From a virus (taxonomy: Duplodnaviria > Caudoviricetes), in IMG/VR virus record IMGVR_UViG_3300022173_000060, positions 1-41,827 of that record: DNA of 41,827 nucleotides; one strand, written 5' to 3'. Below are positions 33,080 to 41,827 of this stretch, piece by piece. Below the pieces are notes generated by a model. It ran no database searches. It had not been told where the DNA came from and worked only from the letters and a program-made list of their open reading frames with translations. The position numbers and the translations under genes are program-made. Every line of letters starts with the position of its first letter. Position 1 is the stretch's first letter.

Positions 33080-34275
33080 TCGATCTTGCCGGTTGCTGGG
33101 TTGTATCTGCGAACACGATCAGGTTGCGCCTCTTCGGGTGGTGAAATCAATCCGCCGAGCGAGCCCAAAGCAGGATTGCCCTCGACCGTTTTGGCTCGCC
33201 GCTTGTACGATTCGACGGCTGCCTTGTTATTGCGCTCAATTGCTTTCAATGCAACATCAAGTTCCTGTGGCGTAAGGTCTTGAATCTCGCCTGCCGCAGC
33301 GCGACGAATGATGCCACGCTCCGCTTCGGTGATTTGACCTTGACCTTTCATGAGCTGAGCCGCCGACAGTTCAATCTGCGCCAAGCCCTGCTGTACCTGT
33401 TTGGTCTTTTCGAGTTGCGCCGCCGCTGTTGGCGAGCCGGCGCCAATGACTTGACCGGCCCTCAGAAGGGTTTGCCTAGTTTGCGCGCCAGGCCCAAGGA
33501 TCACGGAACCGCTTTTCATTGCGTCGCGGATAGAGCCGATAGTTGCGTTGCTGGCCTGCGCCGCCGCAGCCTTGTCCTGTGCATCTTGAAGCGCGTCAGC
33601 GGCGTTCTTTCCGAATGCGCCAGCAAAGCCCTTGTCGGCGCTTAGGCTGATGTTTGATGCCCCGGCCTTGGCAACGGTCTTTTTTCCCTCCAGGTAGCCA
33701 GGAATCCACTCGGGGCCATTCGCTCCCATGCGCATGCCAGATGGCAGGCCCTTATTCGGGTCATCTTGGGACAGGTTGCTCGCCAGAACCGCAAACGTCT
33801 TCGGGTCGCGCAACTGCTCATCTTTGCTGAGTCTCAGCGGCGTAGGCTCCGCCTTTCTTGTCGCCGCCTGGAACTGCAAACCCTGCACAGGATCGAGCGC
33901 CATCAATGCTTGCCCAAACCCGGGCGCATCGAACCCTTGCGTCGGAATCTGCGGCTCTCCGACTTGCCCGATATCGCGAGCGTCCATCGTCTCCGGCATC
34001 TTCCCGGGGATAGAGAACTGCCGCGCAAGCCCTTGGATTTCCTGTTGCCGCTGGCCCTGAGCGATCTGCTGGTTCGTGAGCTGTTCCAGCAGCCCGCGCT
34101 GCTTCATCTGCGCCTGCCGGTCCTTGAACTGGTTTGCGCCTTGAATCCCGGCCATGCCACCGGCCCCAAGAGCGTTTGCAAGGCCGCCTTTGCTTTGGAG
34201 CATGGATAGGCCCATCTGCAACAGCCCTTGAGCCGTTGCAGGGTCTACGTTTTTAAGGCTATCGAGAAGTCCCAT
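33076..34275 (-). CDS. internal virion (DNA ejection) protein
   Basis: MGLLD..GLLQMG start; MKGQGQITEAER; RRYNPATGKIE end. Confidence 0.7.
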   Translation of the reverse strand: MGLLDSLKNVDPATAQGLLQMGLSMLQSKGGLANALGAGGMAGIQGANQFKDRQAQMKQRGLLEQLTNQQIAQGQRQQEIQGLARQFSIPGKMPETMDARDIGQVGEPQIPTQGFDAPGFGQALMALDPVQGLQFQAATRKAEPTPLRLSKDEQLRDPKTFAVLASNLSQDDPNKGLPSGMRMGANGPEWIPGYLEGKKTVAKAGASNISLSADKGFAGAFGKNAADALQDAQDKAAAAQASNATIGSIRDAMKSGSVILGPGAQTRQTLLRAGQVIGAGSPTAAAQLEKTKQVQQGLAQIELSAAQLMKGQGQITEAERGIIRRAAAGEIQDLTPQELDVALKAIERNNKAAVESYKRRAKTVEGNPALGSLGGLISPPEEAQPDRVRRYNPATGKIE

Positions 34276-34932
34276 TTACTTACCTCCACCGCCGCCTTCG
34301 CCACCTTCGCCACTGCTTGCACTAAGGCCGCTGCTGTCACCGCTGCCAAGGCCGATTGACCCCATGCCGACTGCCCCGACGTCTGTCGGGCCACCGGCAG
34401 CCGGCGAGTTTGAAGGACCGGCGCCTGGAGCAGCCATGCCAGATAGGCCACTCTGCGCATTGCTTCCCATCATCCCGCCAAGAAGGCCAAGCCCAGGGAT
34501 TCCCGTCGCCATTCCGATGCCGGTGCCGATTGCCGATCCCATACCCGGGCTGATGCTGCCAACTGATGCATTCGACGCACCGGGACCGGCAGACGCACCG
34601 CCCGGCGCTTCTCCGCCCGACATTCCGCCACCAGGCGCACCGCCGATACCTGATCGACCCTCAAACATTCGTGCCGGCCCGAGTTGCTGCGGCTGAAAGC
34701 TCTGCGGCGCATACGGTTGCGGGCGATACGGGTTGAATCCGCCGCCAAAGCGCTGCAAGCCGCTGTTTTGATAGCCGGCAGGGGATTGAGACCCGCTCAG
34801 CGCCTGCATGCGGTTCACGGGCTGAATGCCCATAGTCGGGCGCTGCCCGACACGCTGCTGCATAGTGCCCATCCGCCCGGCCTGGGCAGGCCTGAAATAG
34901 CCGTTGTTTTCGCCGTTTCCGCCGTCCATCAT
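34276..34932 (-). CDS. Gly-rich low-complexity putative ejection protein
   Basis: 218 aa; GSAIGTGIG...GLLGG motif; coupled. Confidence 0.5.
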   Translation of the reverse strand: MMDGGNGENNGYFRPAQAGRMGTMQQRVGQRPTMGIQPVNRMQALSGSQSPAGYQNSGLQRFGGGFNPYRPQPYAPQSFQPQQLGPARMFEGRSGIGGAPGGGMSGGEAPGGASAGPGASNASVGSISPGMGSAIGTGIGMATGIPGLGLLGGMMGSNAQSGLSGMAAPGAGPSNSPAAGGPTDVGAVGMGSIGLGSGDSSGLSASSGEGGEGGGGGK

Positions 34933-35738
34933 TTGCCGCCCGAGGCGCCTCCGGATTGATATGCGCCGTATGCCGCGAGTCCAGTGCCGAGCGCCTGGGC
35001 GTAAGGATTCGAGCCAGGCCCAGTGCTGGTGCTGCTGGTGCCGAAGTTCATTCCGACGCCTCGGCCAAGCGTTGCGAGCTGTTCTTTCGGGTAAGCCTGC
35101 GCCTCTTGGAACCGCCCATAGGCATCGGTCAGATTGCGCTGCTCTTGGCCTTGATAGAACCCGCCAGCGCGTTGCAACGCCTCTGCGTCGAGGTAATCCT
35201 GATTGGCAATCGCGGGGGCCTGGCCAATTGCACCGACCATCCGGCTGCGCTCGTTGCCGTAATCAGTTCCGCGAATGCTGGTGCTGATGTTGCCGAGCTG
35301 GCGGGTGAAGTCATTGTTCTGCGTCCCGATGGCCTGCTCAACACCCGAATTCCCGAAGCTCCCGGAACGCGCCCGCATGGCGTTCTGCTGGGGAACGATC
35401 GATTCGTTATAGCCGCGCGTCAAGTCGCCTTGTGCAGCCTGTACAGTGGCATCCAAGTATGGGTTGCTGTTCAGGTAGCCACCGCTCAGCGTCTTGGTGA
35501 GTTCGCCGGCCGCTGCGTTGCTTACCGGGCTGCCCTGCATCGCTCGCGCTGCCTGCGCGTCAATCCCTGCCGTCTGGTACGGGTTGAGCTGTGCCGTGGT
35601 CTGCCCGCCGTAGGGCTGATACGGCAGGTCTGCCACTTGCTGGCTGCGCTGCATGTAGTTCTCGGCATAGGGTCGGACAAATTCCGGCACCGAAGAGACA
35701 TTTGTCACCGAGTCGCTTCCGCCGCTCATAATGTGCAC
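34929..35738 (-). CDS. internal virion (pilot/ejection) protein
   Basis: MSGG..S...PE..RPY...PYQPYGGQ..A...NPYLD...SGSFG pattern. Confidence 0.7.
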   Translation of the reverse strand: MHIMSGGSDSVTNVSSVPEFVRPYAENYMQRSQQVADLPYQPYGGQTTAQLNPYQTAGIDAQAARAMQGSPVSNAAAGELTKTLSGGYLNSNPYLDATVQAAQGDLTRGYNESIVPQQNAMRARSGSFGNSGVEQAIGTQNNDFTRQLGNISTSIRGTDYGNERSRMVGAIGQAPAIANQDYLDAEALQRAGGFYQGQEQRNLTDAYGRFQEAQAYPKEQLATLGRGVGMNFGTSSTSTGPGSNPYAQALGTGLAAYGAYQSGGASGGK

Positions 35739-36211
35739 CCCGCATGCAGTTGACGTTTCGCCGAAACGTAGGCGTCATGCGCAAGTTCTGCGCTCTTAAA
35801 CGAGCCCAGCCCAACGCGCTGGTAGTTGACTTTGATCTGCGCCCTGAAGCCTGAACCGTGCATTGACACGCCCAATAGACCGATCTTGTTGCGGGCCATC
35901 GGTTTGCGCTGGTTCTGAGAATTGATCGCGTCGCTGGCGTTGCGCAGGTTATCAATACGGTTGTCCATCTTGTCTCCGTTCTTGTGGTCGATCTTGTTCG
36001 TCGGCCACTCGCCGTGCGCGTACAGCCAGGCCAAGCGATGTGCAAGATACTTCTTGCCCAATACACTCATGTACACATAGCCCGTTTGCTTATGGACGGA
36101 GCCTGGCAATGCCTTGTATCGACCCTTGCCGCGCTTCGCCCACTCAAACGCTCCCGAATCTTGGTGGTAAATGACTTCGGCTTGCAAAATCTCTTGGGTC
36201 AATTCAGTCAT
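35726..36211 (-). CDS. HNH homing endonuclease (HNH_3 + AP2-like)
   Basis: YLAHRLAW....GEWP...IDHKNGDK.DNRIDNLR.A....N.QN...GVS....FRAQI.....LG.F. Confidence 0.9.
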   Translation of the reverse strand: MTELTQEILQAEVIYHQDSGAFEWAKRGKGRYKALPGSVHKQTGYVYMSVLGKKYLAHRLAWLYAHGEWPTNKIDHKNGDKMDNRIDNLRNASDAINSQNQRKPMARNKIGLLGVSMHGSGFRAQIKVNYQRVGLGSFKSAELAHDAYVSAKRQLHAGCTL

Positions 36212-36615
36212 GTCACATCCAGCTCAATTGTCTGATAAAGAGGCTTAGCCCCGAATTTCGCCGCCAGCCGCGCCATTGACGCCCGCACCGCACCGCGAAT
36301 CGACGTGCAGCCATTTGCCACCGCGTATTGCTTGAGCAGATCGAATCCTTCCGCCGAACAAACGCCTTTGCCTGCCATTGCGTAGATGTAGAGGATTCTG
36401 ATGTTCGGCAGTTGCTGAACCTGCACCGCAGCCCATCCCTTAACGCCTGACTCGTCGCGCGAGCCAATGAGTGTTCTCTCGCCTCTCGATAACAGCATCT
36501 TCAATTGATCGGCCGTGATTTCCCGGCTCGCCCATTTCGTGGCGTCGGCGAGCACGTTTGCACCGTCGCGCCATGCGCGGTCAATTTCTGCTGGCTGACA
36601 CTGAAACAGTTCCAT
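36208..36615 (-). CDS. GNAT-fold-like virion morphogenesis protein
   Basis: LYIYAMAGKG...A..NGC..I.G..R.S.ARL pattern; typical position before ejection genes. Confidence 0.6.
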   Translation of the reverse strand: MELFQCQPAEIDRAWRDGANVLADATKWASREITADQLKMLLSRGERTLIGSRDESGVKGWAAVQVQQLPNIRILYIYAMAGKGVCSAEGFDLLKQYAVANGCTSIRGAVRASMARLAAKFGAKPLYQTIELDVT

Positions 36616-36616
36616 G

Positions 36617-37336
36617 CTAGTTCTCTTGAAACAATGCCGTAGGTATTGGAATTGACGCGCCAGAATATCGGTCGCCATCTGTTATCCGCATCTGATCAAC
36701 ATAAAAGTTATTCGTACCGCCTGAACCTCCGACATAGCCGATATACGGGCCTTGCGCAATCGCATCTACGGGGCGCGGGCATGAGCTTACAGACACATCA
36801 CCATCGGCAAAAGCATCTCCAACAGGCCCCGCCCACATTTCTATCGAGTCGTCCGAATGAACCTGAATACACACATAAGTCGAGACATTTTCAGCAATAA
36901 CAGGAACTGAAACAGGCGCGATTATGTCAGTAACCGAATTCACTCTTAAGCCCAACTTTCCTGTTGAAAACTGGATGAACCACAGAAGGCCGTTAAAACC
37001 AAATCCTTCGTTCCACAAAATTTGCGACCCACCAGCCAATGCGCCAGTGCTTATCTTTATGAACGCCTCAAAACATCGCGGCTTGTTGCCCATGTCCAGT
37101 TCTGAAGCGTAATCTGCATTGATGCCCTTCGCGTTATGAAAGCCATTTATCAGAACCCCATTACCACTCGGGAAGTCAGAGACTGTTTGATTCTGAGAGA
37201 CTGGCGATCCGGTTTCATCGACGAGAGTTCTTGCATAGCTTGAAGTGTCTACCAAAACGCCGCGCTGCATGAGAAGGACAACGCTTCCAAACAAAGCATC
37301 TCCGGTCGATAGCTTTTGCGGCACATAGATGATCAC
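36617..37336 (-). CDS. LamG/concanavalin-like tail-associated protein
   Basis: D..F.SVVLLM start; FEAFIK...YVDQMRIT.G.RY......PT.LF end. Confidence 0.7.
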   Translation of the reverse strand: MIIYVPQKLSTGDALFGSVVLLMQRGVLVDTSSYARTLVDETGSPVSQNQTVSDFPSGNGVLINGFHNAKGINADYASELDMGNKPRCFEAFIKISTGALAGGSQILWNEGFGFNGLLWFIQFSTGKLGLRVNSVTDIIAPVSVPVIAENVSTYVCIQVHSDDSIEMWAGPVGDAFADGDVSVSSCPRPVDAIAQGPYIGYVGGSGGTNNFYVDQMRITDGDRYSGASIPIPTALFQEN

Positions 37337-37809
37337 GCCAACATCCCTAGAAGCGTCACTTTTAGTCCCTTTGCCGTGCCGTCACCAACCTGGTCAATGT
37401 CTATCGAGATTTCCGCATCTTCTCTGATTTCAGATGATCCAACTGAAATAACTGGTTGACTTGCGGCGGTTACGCTTGTCTTCTCAGTGTTGTCAATGGT
37501 CAGATTGGTAGAAAGAATGGTTGTCCCGTTCACATTCACATCCACCGTAAATATTGACCCACTTGTTTGAGCAGTCGTTAAAGAGCCGCGCACCCCAGTC
37601 AGAGAAATTCCATACGGCGCACGGAATACTGTCTTTGCCGTTCCTGTGGTCAATGCCGTTGTTTCATCGCTGCACTGAAGAATTATCGCTATATCAGGAT
37701 GGTTTACCTTGTTGTTTAGCGGTCGAAAATAGTCATAGAGCCTGCGATTCAGTTGCTTGTCATAGTCCGATTCGGGGCTTATCGGGAGAAGTGGGGCGCC
37801 GAGTTTCAT
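37333..37809 (-). CDS. tail-associated protein
   Basis: CSDETTALTTGT....FRAPY...VRGSLTTA.TSG...VD.N.NG...IDID..GDG.AKGLKV.L family. Confidence 0.65.
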   Translation of the reverse strand: MKLGAPLLPISPESDYDKQLNRRLYDYFRPLNNKVNHPDIAIILQCSDETTALTTGTAKTVFRAPYGISLTGVRGSLTTAQTSGSIFTVDVNVNGTTILSTNLTIDNTEKTSVTAASQPVISVGSSEIREDAEISIDIDQVGDGTAKGLKVTLLGMLA

Positions 37810-39269
37810 CTGACCCCCGTAACCTTGAATGTCGGCGAAATACCGCGAAGTTCGTTGTCGCCTACCTGCGAGACAGAGTAGCGATGCCAGCGCGCATCCT
37901 GCCGAACATCAAATTTCCCGTCTGAAAAGGTCTCCGTGTCGTTCGCGGCAAAACTTCCGCCTGATGTTTCCTTCGTGAATCCCGTGCACGTCGCAGAAGT
38001 CGGCGCAGTGATGTAGTGCGGAATGAATCGCTCGGTGTAGCTCGATACGTCATCGGCTCCCATGTCCCCGGTTGTCCATGTGCTGGCGTCGCTAGTACCT
38101 GTGAGCGTCTTCAGTTCGTGGGACGTATTGAAAAACGCCAGCGCCCGGCCCGCTGCCTGCCATGCTTGCGAGCCCCAAGGCAGATTCGGCAAAGCACCCC
38201 AAGATGCGCCAACCGTCGAAAACGTTCCCCAGGTAAGCCCGGGCGTGATGAACTGGAATATCGCCTCTACGCTGCGATTCGCGCGGCCCCAGCGCTTTGG
38301 CTTTGAAATCAGGTTGTAAACAATCGCCCGATCAGGCTGGCCCGCACTAGACGCTGTACTCGGATAGAAAATCCAGATGCGCGAGTATTGCCGATCATAG
38401 TGAACTATGGTCCTGAACCTGAATGTTGCAGACAGGTCGTTATAGAACCATTGGCGAATCTCGTTCACTCCGATGGCCTGTGGTCTGGTTCCATCGTAGA
38501 GCCAGAAGTTATCCGGGCCGACAATGAAGTGCGCCCCGCCGATATCTGCAACCGCGTCTTGTCCTACGCACCCGAACTCGCCCGGAACCTGATCCCACTG
38601 CCACACCACCGGAGCGCCAACGTACTGCCCAAGATAGGCGCCGCGCTCTTTGTAGGCCACCACATAAGAGCCAAGCAGCGCAGCGGCTGTAATGGCACCA
38701 GGAACCCCTACAAGGCGCCCTGTAGTTGCCTGGGTCGTGAGGCTCGGCGTCCAGCTCGAATAGTCCTGAAACGCGCTGCACCACCAGCGATCAGGCTGAT
38801 CGCCGAATGTGCCTTCGTTCGTGGCAAACGCCATCACGAAATCTTTGGCTGCTACGATGATCTTCGCTTTGGGAGCAGTGGCCACATCGGCAAACGCCCC
38901 GCTTGCCGAGAACTGGATTACCTCGGTCACATTCGCAGCAAGAGCGATATTCCCGAACTGGGCGAACATGACTCTATTCTCGCTGCTGCCGGTGTAGTTG
39001 CCGACTCGGCTGCGATCAGTCCACGCAGCGCTAACCAATTCGTAAATCCTGGTCTGTGTGGCGGCGAAGTTTCTACGCGCACCAGTGGTGTCCACAAGCA
39101 CGGCCGCACCGCGACACTCCGCAGCAAGCGCCGCCAGCCCTGTGACTGCCGTTGCAGGAGTCGGCCCACCAGCCATGCCGCGCTCGGTAGGGATGAAATT
39201 GGAACAGTCAACCAGCACCCCCGGAACAGCCGGGTCCGTGTCTGGAGTGAAGCCGAGAATAGGGATCAC
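37806..39269 (-). CDS. tail nozzle / stabilisation protein (P22 gp10 / tubular B-like)
   Basis: 487 aa beta-propeller-like; WCSA..D..SW.PS..TQA; follows the adaptor. Confidence 0.75.
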   Translation of the reverse strand: MIPILGFTPDTDPAVPGVLVDCSNFIPTERGMAGGPTPATAVTGLAALAAECRGAAVLVDTTGARRNFAATQTRIYELVSAAWTDRSRVGNYTGSSENRVMFAQFGNIALAANVTEVIQFSASGAFADVATAPKAKIIVAAKDFVMAFATNEGTFGDQPDRWWCSAFQDYSSWTPSLTTQATTGRLVGVPGAITAAALLGSYVVAYKERGAYLGQYVGAPVVWQWDQVPGEFGCVGQDAVADIGGAHFIVGPDNFWLYDGTRPQAIGVNEIRQWFYNDLSATFRFRTIVHYDRQYSRIWIFYPSTASSAGQPDRAIVYNLISKPKRWGRANRSVEAIFQFITPGLTWGTFSTVGASWGALPNLPWGSQAWQAAGRALAFFNTSHELKTLTGTSDASTWTTGDMGADDVSSYTERFIPHYITAPTSATCTGFTKETSGGSFAANDTETFSDGKFDVRQDARWHRYSVSQVGDNELRGISPTFKVTGVR

Positions 39270-39895
39270 CGCGCCCTCGCCACCAAAGGCCCGCCACCAA
39301 GCTGATTTGCTACGTTTCGGCTGTTCATTTCTTCGATCAAACCGTTTGCCAAGGCGGCATACTTTTTCTCCGCGGCTTCGTCTTTCAGGTAGATAGCCGC
39401 TTGTTCGATCCCTGCGTACAGGTACAAATCTGGACTTTCAGAAAGCAACCAGTTAGATGGTGCTGAGTCGCTGAGCGGCACAAGTTTCGAGTAGTAGACA
39501 AGCGTTACCGTCGCGCCGGATGAATCGAACACGATCCGCTTTGCCCCGCCTAGCGGCGTAGCTTTGAATGCGTAGTAATGCGGCCTTCCGGCTGCGCTTG
39601 GGCGGCGGGCGATGAACTCAAGCGTTTTCTGTTCAAGCGAGCGTTGTTCTTCGCCTGTTGACCATATCGCTTTGATTTCCAGAAAGTTTGTCGGCGGCGT
39701 GATGATTTCCGGTTCATCAACGATGTCCGCGCCAATCGCTACGGTGTAGACGGCCTCCATATCCATGGTACGCAACCGTCTATTGAATTTCGCTTCAGAA
39801 AGCGTGACGAAATCAGCAAGATAAGCCGTCAAGCTTGTTTTGTTCTGCCATGCTGCGATGGCAGTTTTCAGCTCGGAGTAATTCGTGATGGCCAT
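39266..39895 (-). CDS. head-tail adaptor (tubular A-like)
   Basis: MAITNYSELKTAIA.W.....L....DFV.L.EA..NRRLR...SNWLL...PDLYLY. Confidence 0.8.
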   Translation of the reverse strand: MAITNYSELKTAIAAWQNKTSLTAYLADFVTLSEAKFNRRLRTMDMEAVYTVAIGADIVDEPEIITPPTNFLEIKAIWSTGEEQRSLEQKTLEFIARRPSAAGRPHYYAFKATPLGGAKRIVFDSSGATVTLVYYSKLVPLSDSAPSNWLLSESPDLYLYAGIEQAAIYLKDEAAEKKYAALANGLIEEMNSRNVANQLGGGPLVARAR

Positions 39896-40191
39896 TACTT
39901 GAACTTATCGAAGCAAATGAAAGCCGGGTTCTCTTTTAGCCAGGCTGCGCAGCGCTTTGCATCGAGTCGCCCATCTTGGCGCATGAACATGCCCATCACA
40001 GCCTCCGGGACCGTGCCGATTACCCGGCCTTCACCCCAATTCTTGCCCTCCGTGGCCTCTCGCAAGCCTTTTGCATACAGCAGATGCGGCGCTGCATCCC
40101 AGGTCTTTTGAATGACCGTTCGACCCTCGTCTTGGTGAACCGTGGTGTTGATTCGCAGTTGCTGGTCAGACTCTTGGTAAACCGTTTTCAT
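39895..40191 (-). CDS. conserved small protein after capsid
   Basis: WGEGR.IG.VP......WL..NP.F motif. Confidence 0.6.
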   Translation of the reverse strand: MKTVYQESDQQLRINTTVHQDEGRTVIQKTWDAAPHLLYAKGLREATEGKNWGEGRVIGTVPEAVMGMFMRQDGRLDAKRCAAWLKENPAFICFDKFK

Positions 40192-40207
40192 GGCGATCCA
40201 GTCATTC

Positions 40208-40230
40208 AAAAAACCCCCGCCGAAGCGGGG
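40208..40230 (-). terminator. rho-independent terminator after major capsid gene
   Basis: CCCCGC-TTCG-GCGGGG followed by GTTTTTT on the minus strand. Confidence 0.85.
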
Positions 40231-40244
40231 ATCAAGGAGTTAGC

Positions 40245-41216
40245 TCAAGGGGTTAAATTGTCGACTTTCCCGTTGCTGGCCTCGGCGTCAACCACCAAGC
40301 AGCCTTCAGCGAAGACCATTTCTTTGTCGGTGTGGCCCGTCTTTGCCAACGGAACCGACTGGAACGGCTGAAGCCAGGCCATCGCCAAGGTGTCTGGATT
40401 CAGAATCCACGCCACATCGTTTGCGCTGGTCGCCTGCACGTAGTTCGGAACCACGGTCAATTCACCGAAGTCCGACATATACACATCAGCGCCTCCGATG
40501 ATTCGGCCCTGCTCGCCATTCTTCACCTGATAACGGTTCACCGCGATACCCGCGAAGCCTGAGAACGTGCCCTTGTGGGCCGGCGTCAAGCTGATCAGCG
40601 CCGGGAACTCGCCGGAGTTGGTGTAGATCGACTGCAACACCGTTTTCGTCAGCGCCTCCGTGAATGCCCGGTTCGTGCCGGCCGTGTTCGCCGTGGTCGG
40701 TGCACCCGAGGTATGGGCCGCAGTCGCGCCGGCGCCGCCGTGCGACACGTTGGTATAGATCATCACGCCCAGACCACCGGATTTGCGTGCCGTGGTCGAG
40801 TTGCCGAGAACCGCCGCGTTCTTGCTGGTGATCATCGCTTCGCAGTCGCGCTTCAGTTCGGTGAACTTCTTCGCCACCTGATACTTCATCTCATCCGACC
40901 GGCCGGCCAAATCCGACTTCTTCTGCGTGCTCGAAACAACAGCCACCGCATCGAAAAGCTGCGTGGTATTGGCAACCCGCTGGGTAGCGGTCAGCGCCGT
41001 CCCAGTGCGGTCGTCGCCTTCGATAGCCGCGTTGTCCTTGTTCGGCGTCGCAAGTGAGTCACGCTGCCATTCGTGGAGCTTTTGCCCGGCCTTCAGGCGC
41101 TTGATTTGGGAAAGGATCGGCGTCTTTTCGGGGGACACCATGTAAATCTTGTCTTGCAGGTCCTCGCGCGTACCGATTGAATCGTACGCGTCGAAGGTAT
41201 TTGCTGGCTGAGCCAT
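40245..41216 (-). CDS. major capsid protein (DUF5309/SU10-like)
   Basis: G.REDL.D.IY.VSP.KTP...HEWQ.DSL...N.TQ.F...KY..KK..ELKRD.E...DVY.SDFG...LAKTG. Confidence 0.92.
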   Translation of the reverse strand: MAQPANTFDAYDSIGTREDLQDKIYMVSPEKTPILSQIKRLKAGQKLHEWQRDSLATPNKDNAAIEGDDRTGTALTATQRVANTTQLFDAVAVVSSTQKKSDLAGRSDEMKYQVAKKFTELKRDCEAMITSKNAAVLGNSTTARKSGGLGVMIYTNVSHGGAGATAAHTSGAPTTANTAGTNRAFTEALTKTVLQSIYTNSGEFPALISLTPAHKGTFSGFAGIAVNRYQVKNGEQGRIIGGADVYMSDFGELTVVPNYVQATSANDVAWILNPDTLAMAWLQPFQSVPLAKTGHTDKEMVFAEGCLVVDAEASNGKVDNLTP

Positions 41217-41827
41217 TTAGTCGCCTCTTCATAGCAAGCGAGCCAAGTCATCGATTCGTCCAGATTTCTGGAGCCGTTGAACTGCCTCGCGGTTTGTGTG
41301 CTTCGGCTGCGGCGCGGCAGGCTTGATGATCCTCGGCGCGGCGGCAACCTTTTTAAGCGCAGCGGGCTTGTCGGACTGAAGTTTGTCAAACTGGATCGCC
41401 TTGTGGGCCAGCAGGAGGACTTGCCCCAGTGTGCCGGGGTGCATTCCTGCTCTAGCGAGGGCGTGCGCAGCGGTTTTCAGGTCCGCGCGGCTCCAGCCTA
41501 TCGACTTCTGTACGTCTGAGAGCAGTTGTTCCGTCCTCGCACCATCGAAGTTCGGAATGTTCTTGCTCAGAATCTCATCGGATTGTCGAAAGACTTGATC
41601 CACGAGTCCGGCAATCTGCTGCTCTTGCGCCTGCTGATGTTGGGCCTTCTGGTGCTCAAGTGCTTGCCAGGTCTGGTTTACCTGCTGCTGCCGGGCCTGA
41701 AGTTGGACAAACTTCGCCGGGTCTTGAACGCTGAGAGATACCCAATCCACCCCGTTGAGTTCGGGGGCCGCCTGGCTTAGTACCAGTTCCTGGAGCTGGT
41801 TGATTCTCTCAACCGCTTGGGATTGCT
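41192..41827. repeat. terminal direct repeat (circular overlap), copy 2
   Basis: Matches 1-636; implies a unit genome of 41191 bp. Confidence 0.95.
41229..41827 (-). CDS. scaffolding protein, partial duplicate (variant allele)
   Basis: Same frame as the 3' part of 38-973, with three K/R substitutions. Confidence 0.8.
   Translation of the reverse strand, partial: QSQAVERINQLQELVLSQAAPELNGVDWVSLSVQDPAKFVQLQARQQQVNQTWQALEHQKAQHQQAQEQQIAGLVDQVFRQSDEILSKNIPNFDGARTEQLLSDVQKSIGWSRADLKTAAHALARAGMHPGTLGQVLLLAHKAIQFDKLQSDKPAALKKVAAAPRIIKPAAPQPKHTNREAVQRLQKSGRIDDLARLL

Noticed and set aside
38388-39305. 305-aa plus-strand ORF
   Set aside because: Antisense to the tail nozzle gene, with no RBS or recognisable motifs.
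1-41827. Integrated prophage or complete integron
   Set aside because: No tyrosine/serine recombinase, no host genes, and the ends overlap as a circle.
1-41827. Alternative genetic code
   Set aside because: Core genes are full length in code 11 and use all three stop codons.

Overview
The window is an essentially complete, circularly permuted ~41.2 kb genome of a GC-rich, short-tailed (podovirus-like) phage, probably infecting a betaproteobacterium (inferred). Bases 1-636 recur at 41192-41827 with 23 mostly synonymous differences. The minus-strand late arm runs TerS, TerL, portal, an inserted block of repeat-rich/Gly-rich structural genes and the scaffold, then across the junction to major capsid, adaptor, tail nozzle, ejection proteins, two receptor-binding proteins, holin, GH19 endolysin and Rz/Rz1 spanins. 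Early genes diverge from ~19630 and include an ERF-type recombinase, an SSB-like protein, HNH nucleases and a short replication-protein domain. I find no integrase, repressor, polymerase, helicase or reverse transcriptase. The most striking feature is 13.8-16.7 kb: an integrase-less array of about seven integron attC-like sites plus half-sites. Its genes run antisense to the attC top strand, and their stop codons, RBS/start codons and reading frames are built into the attC sites. It looks like a shuffleable accessory-gene cassette array that could use a host IntI. Each early arm also carries a C4/CI-like antisense-RNA/attenuator cassette and a second structured-RNA element with shared flanking stems; one of the latter encloses a tRNA-like RNA.
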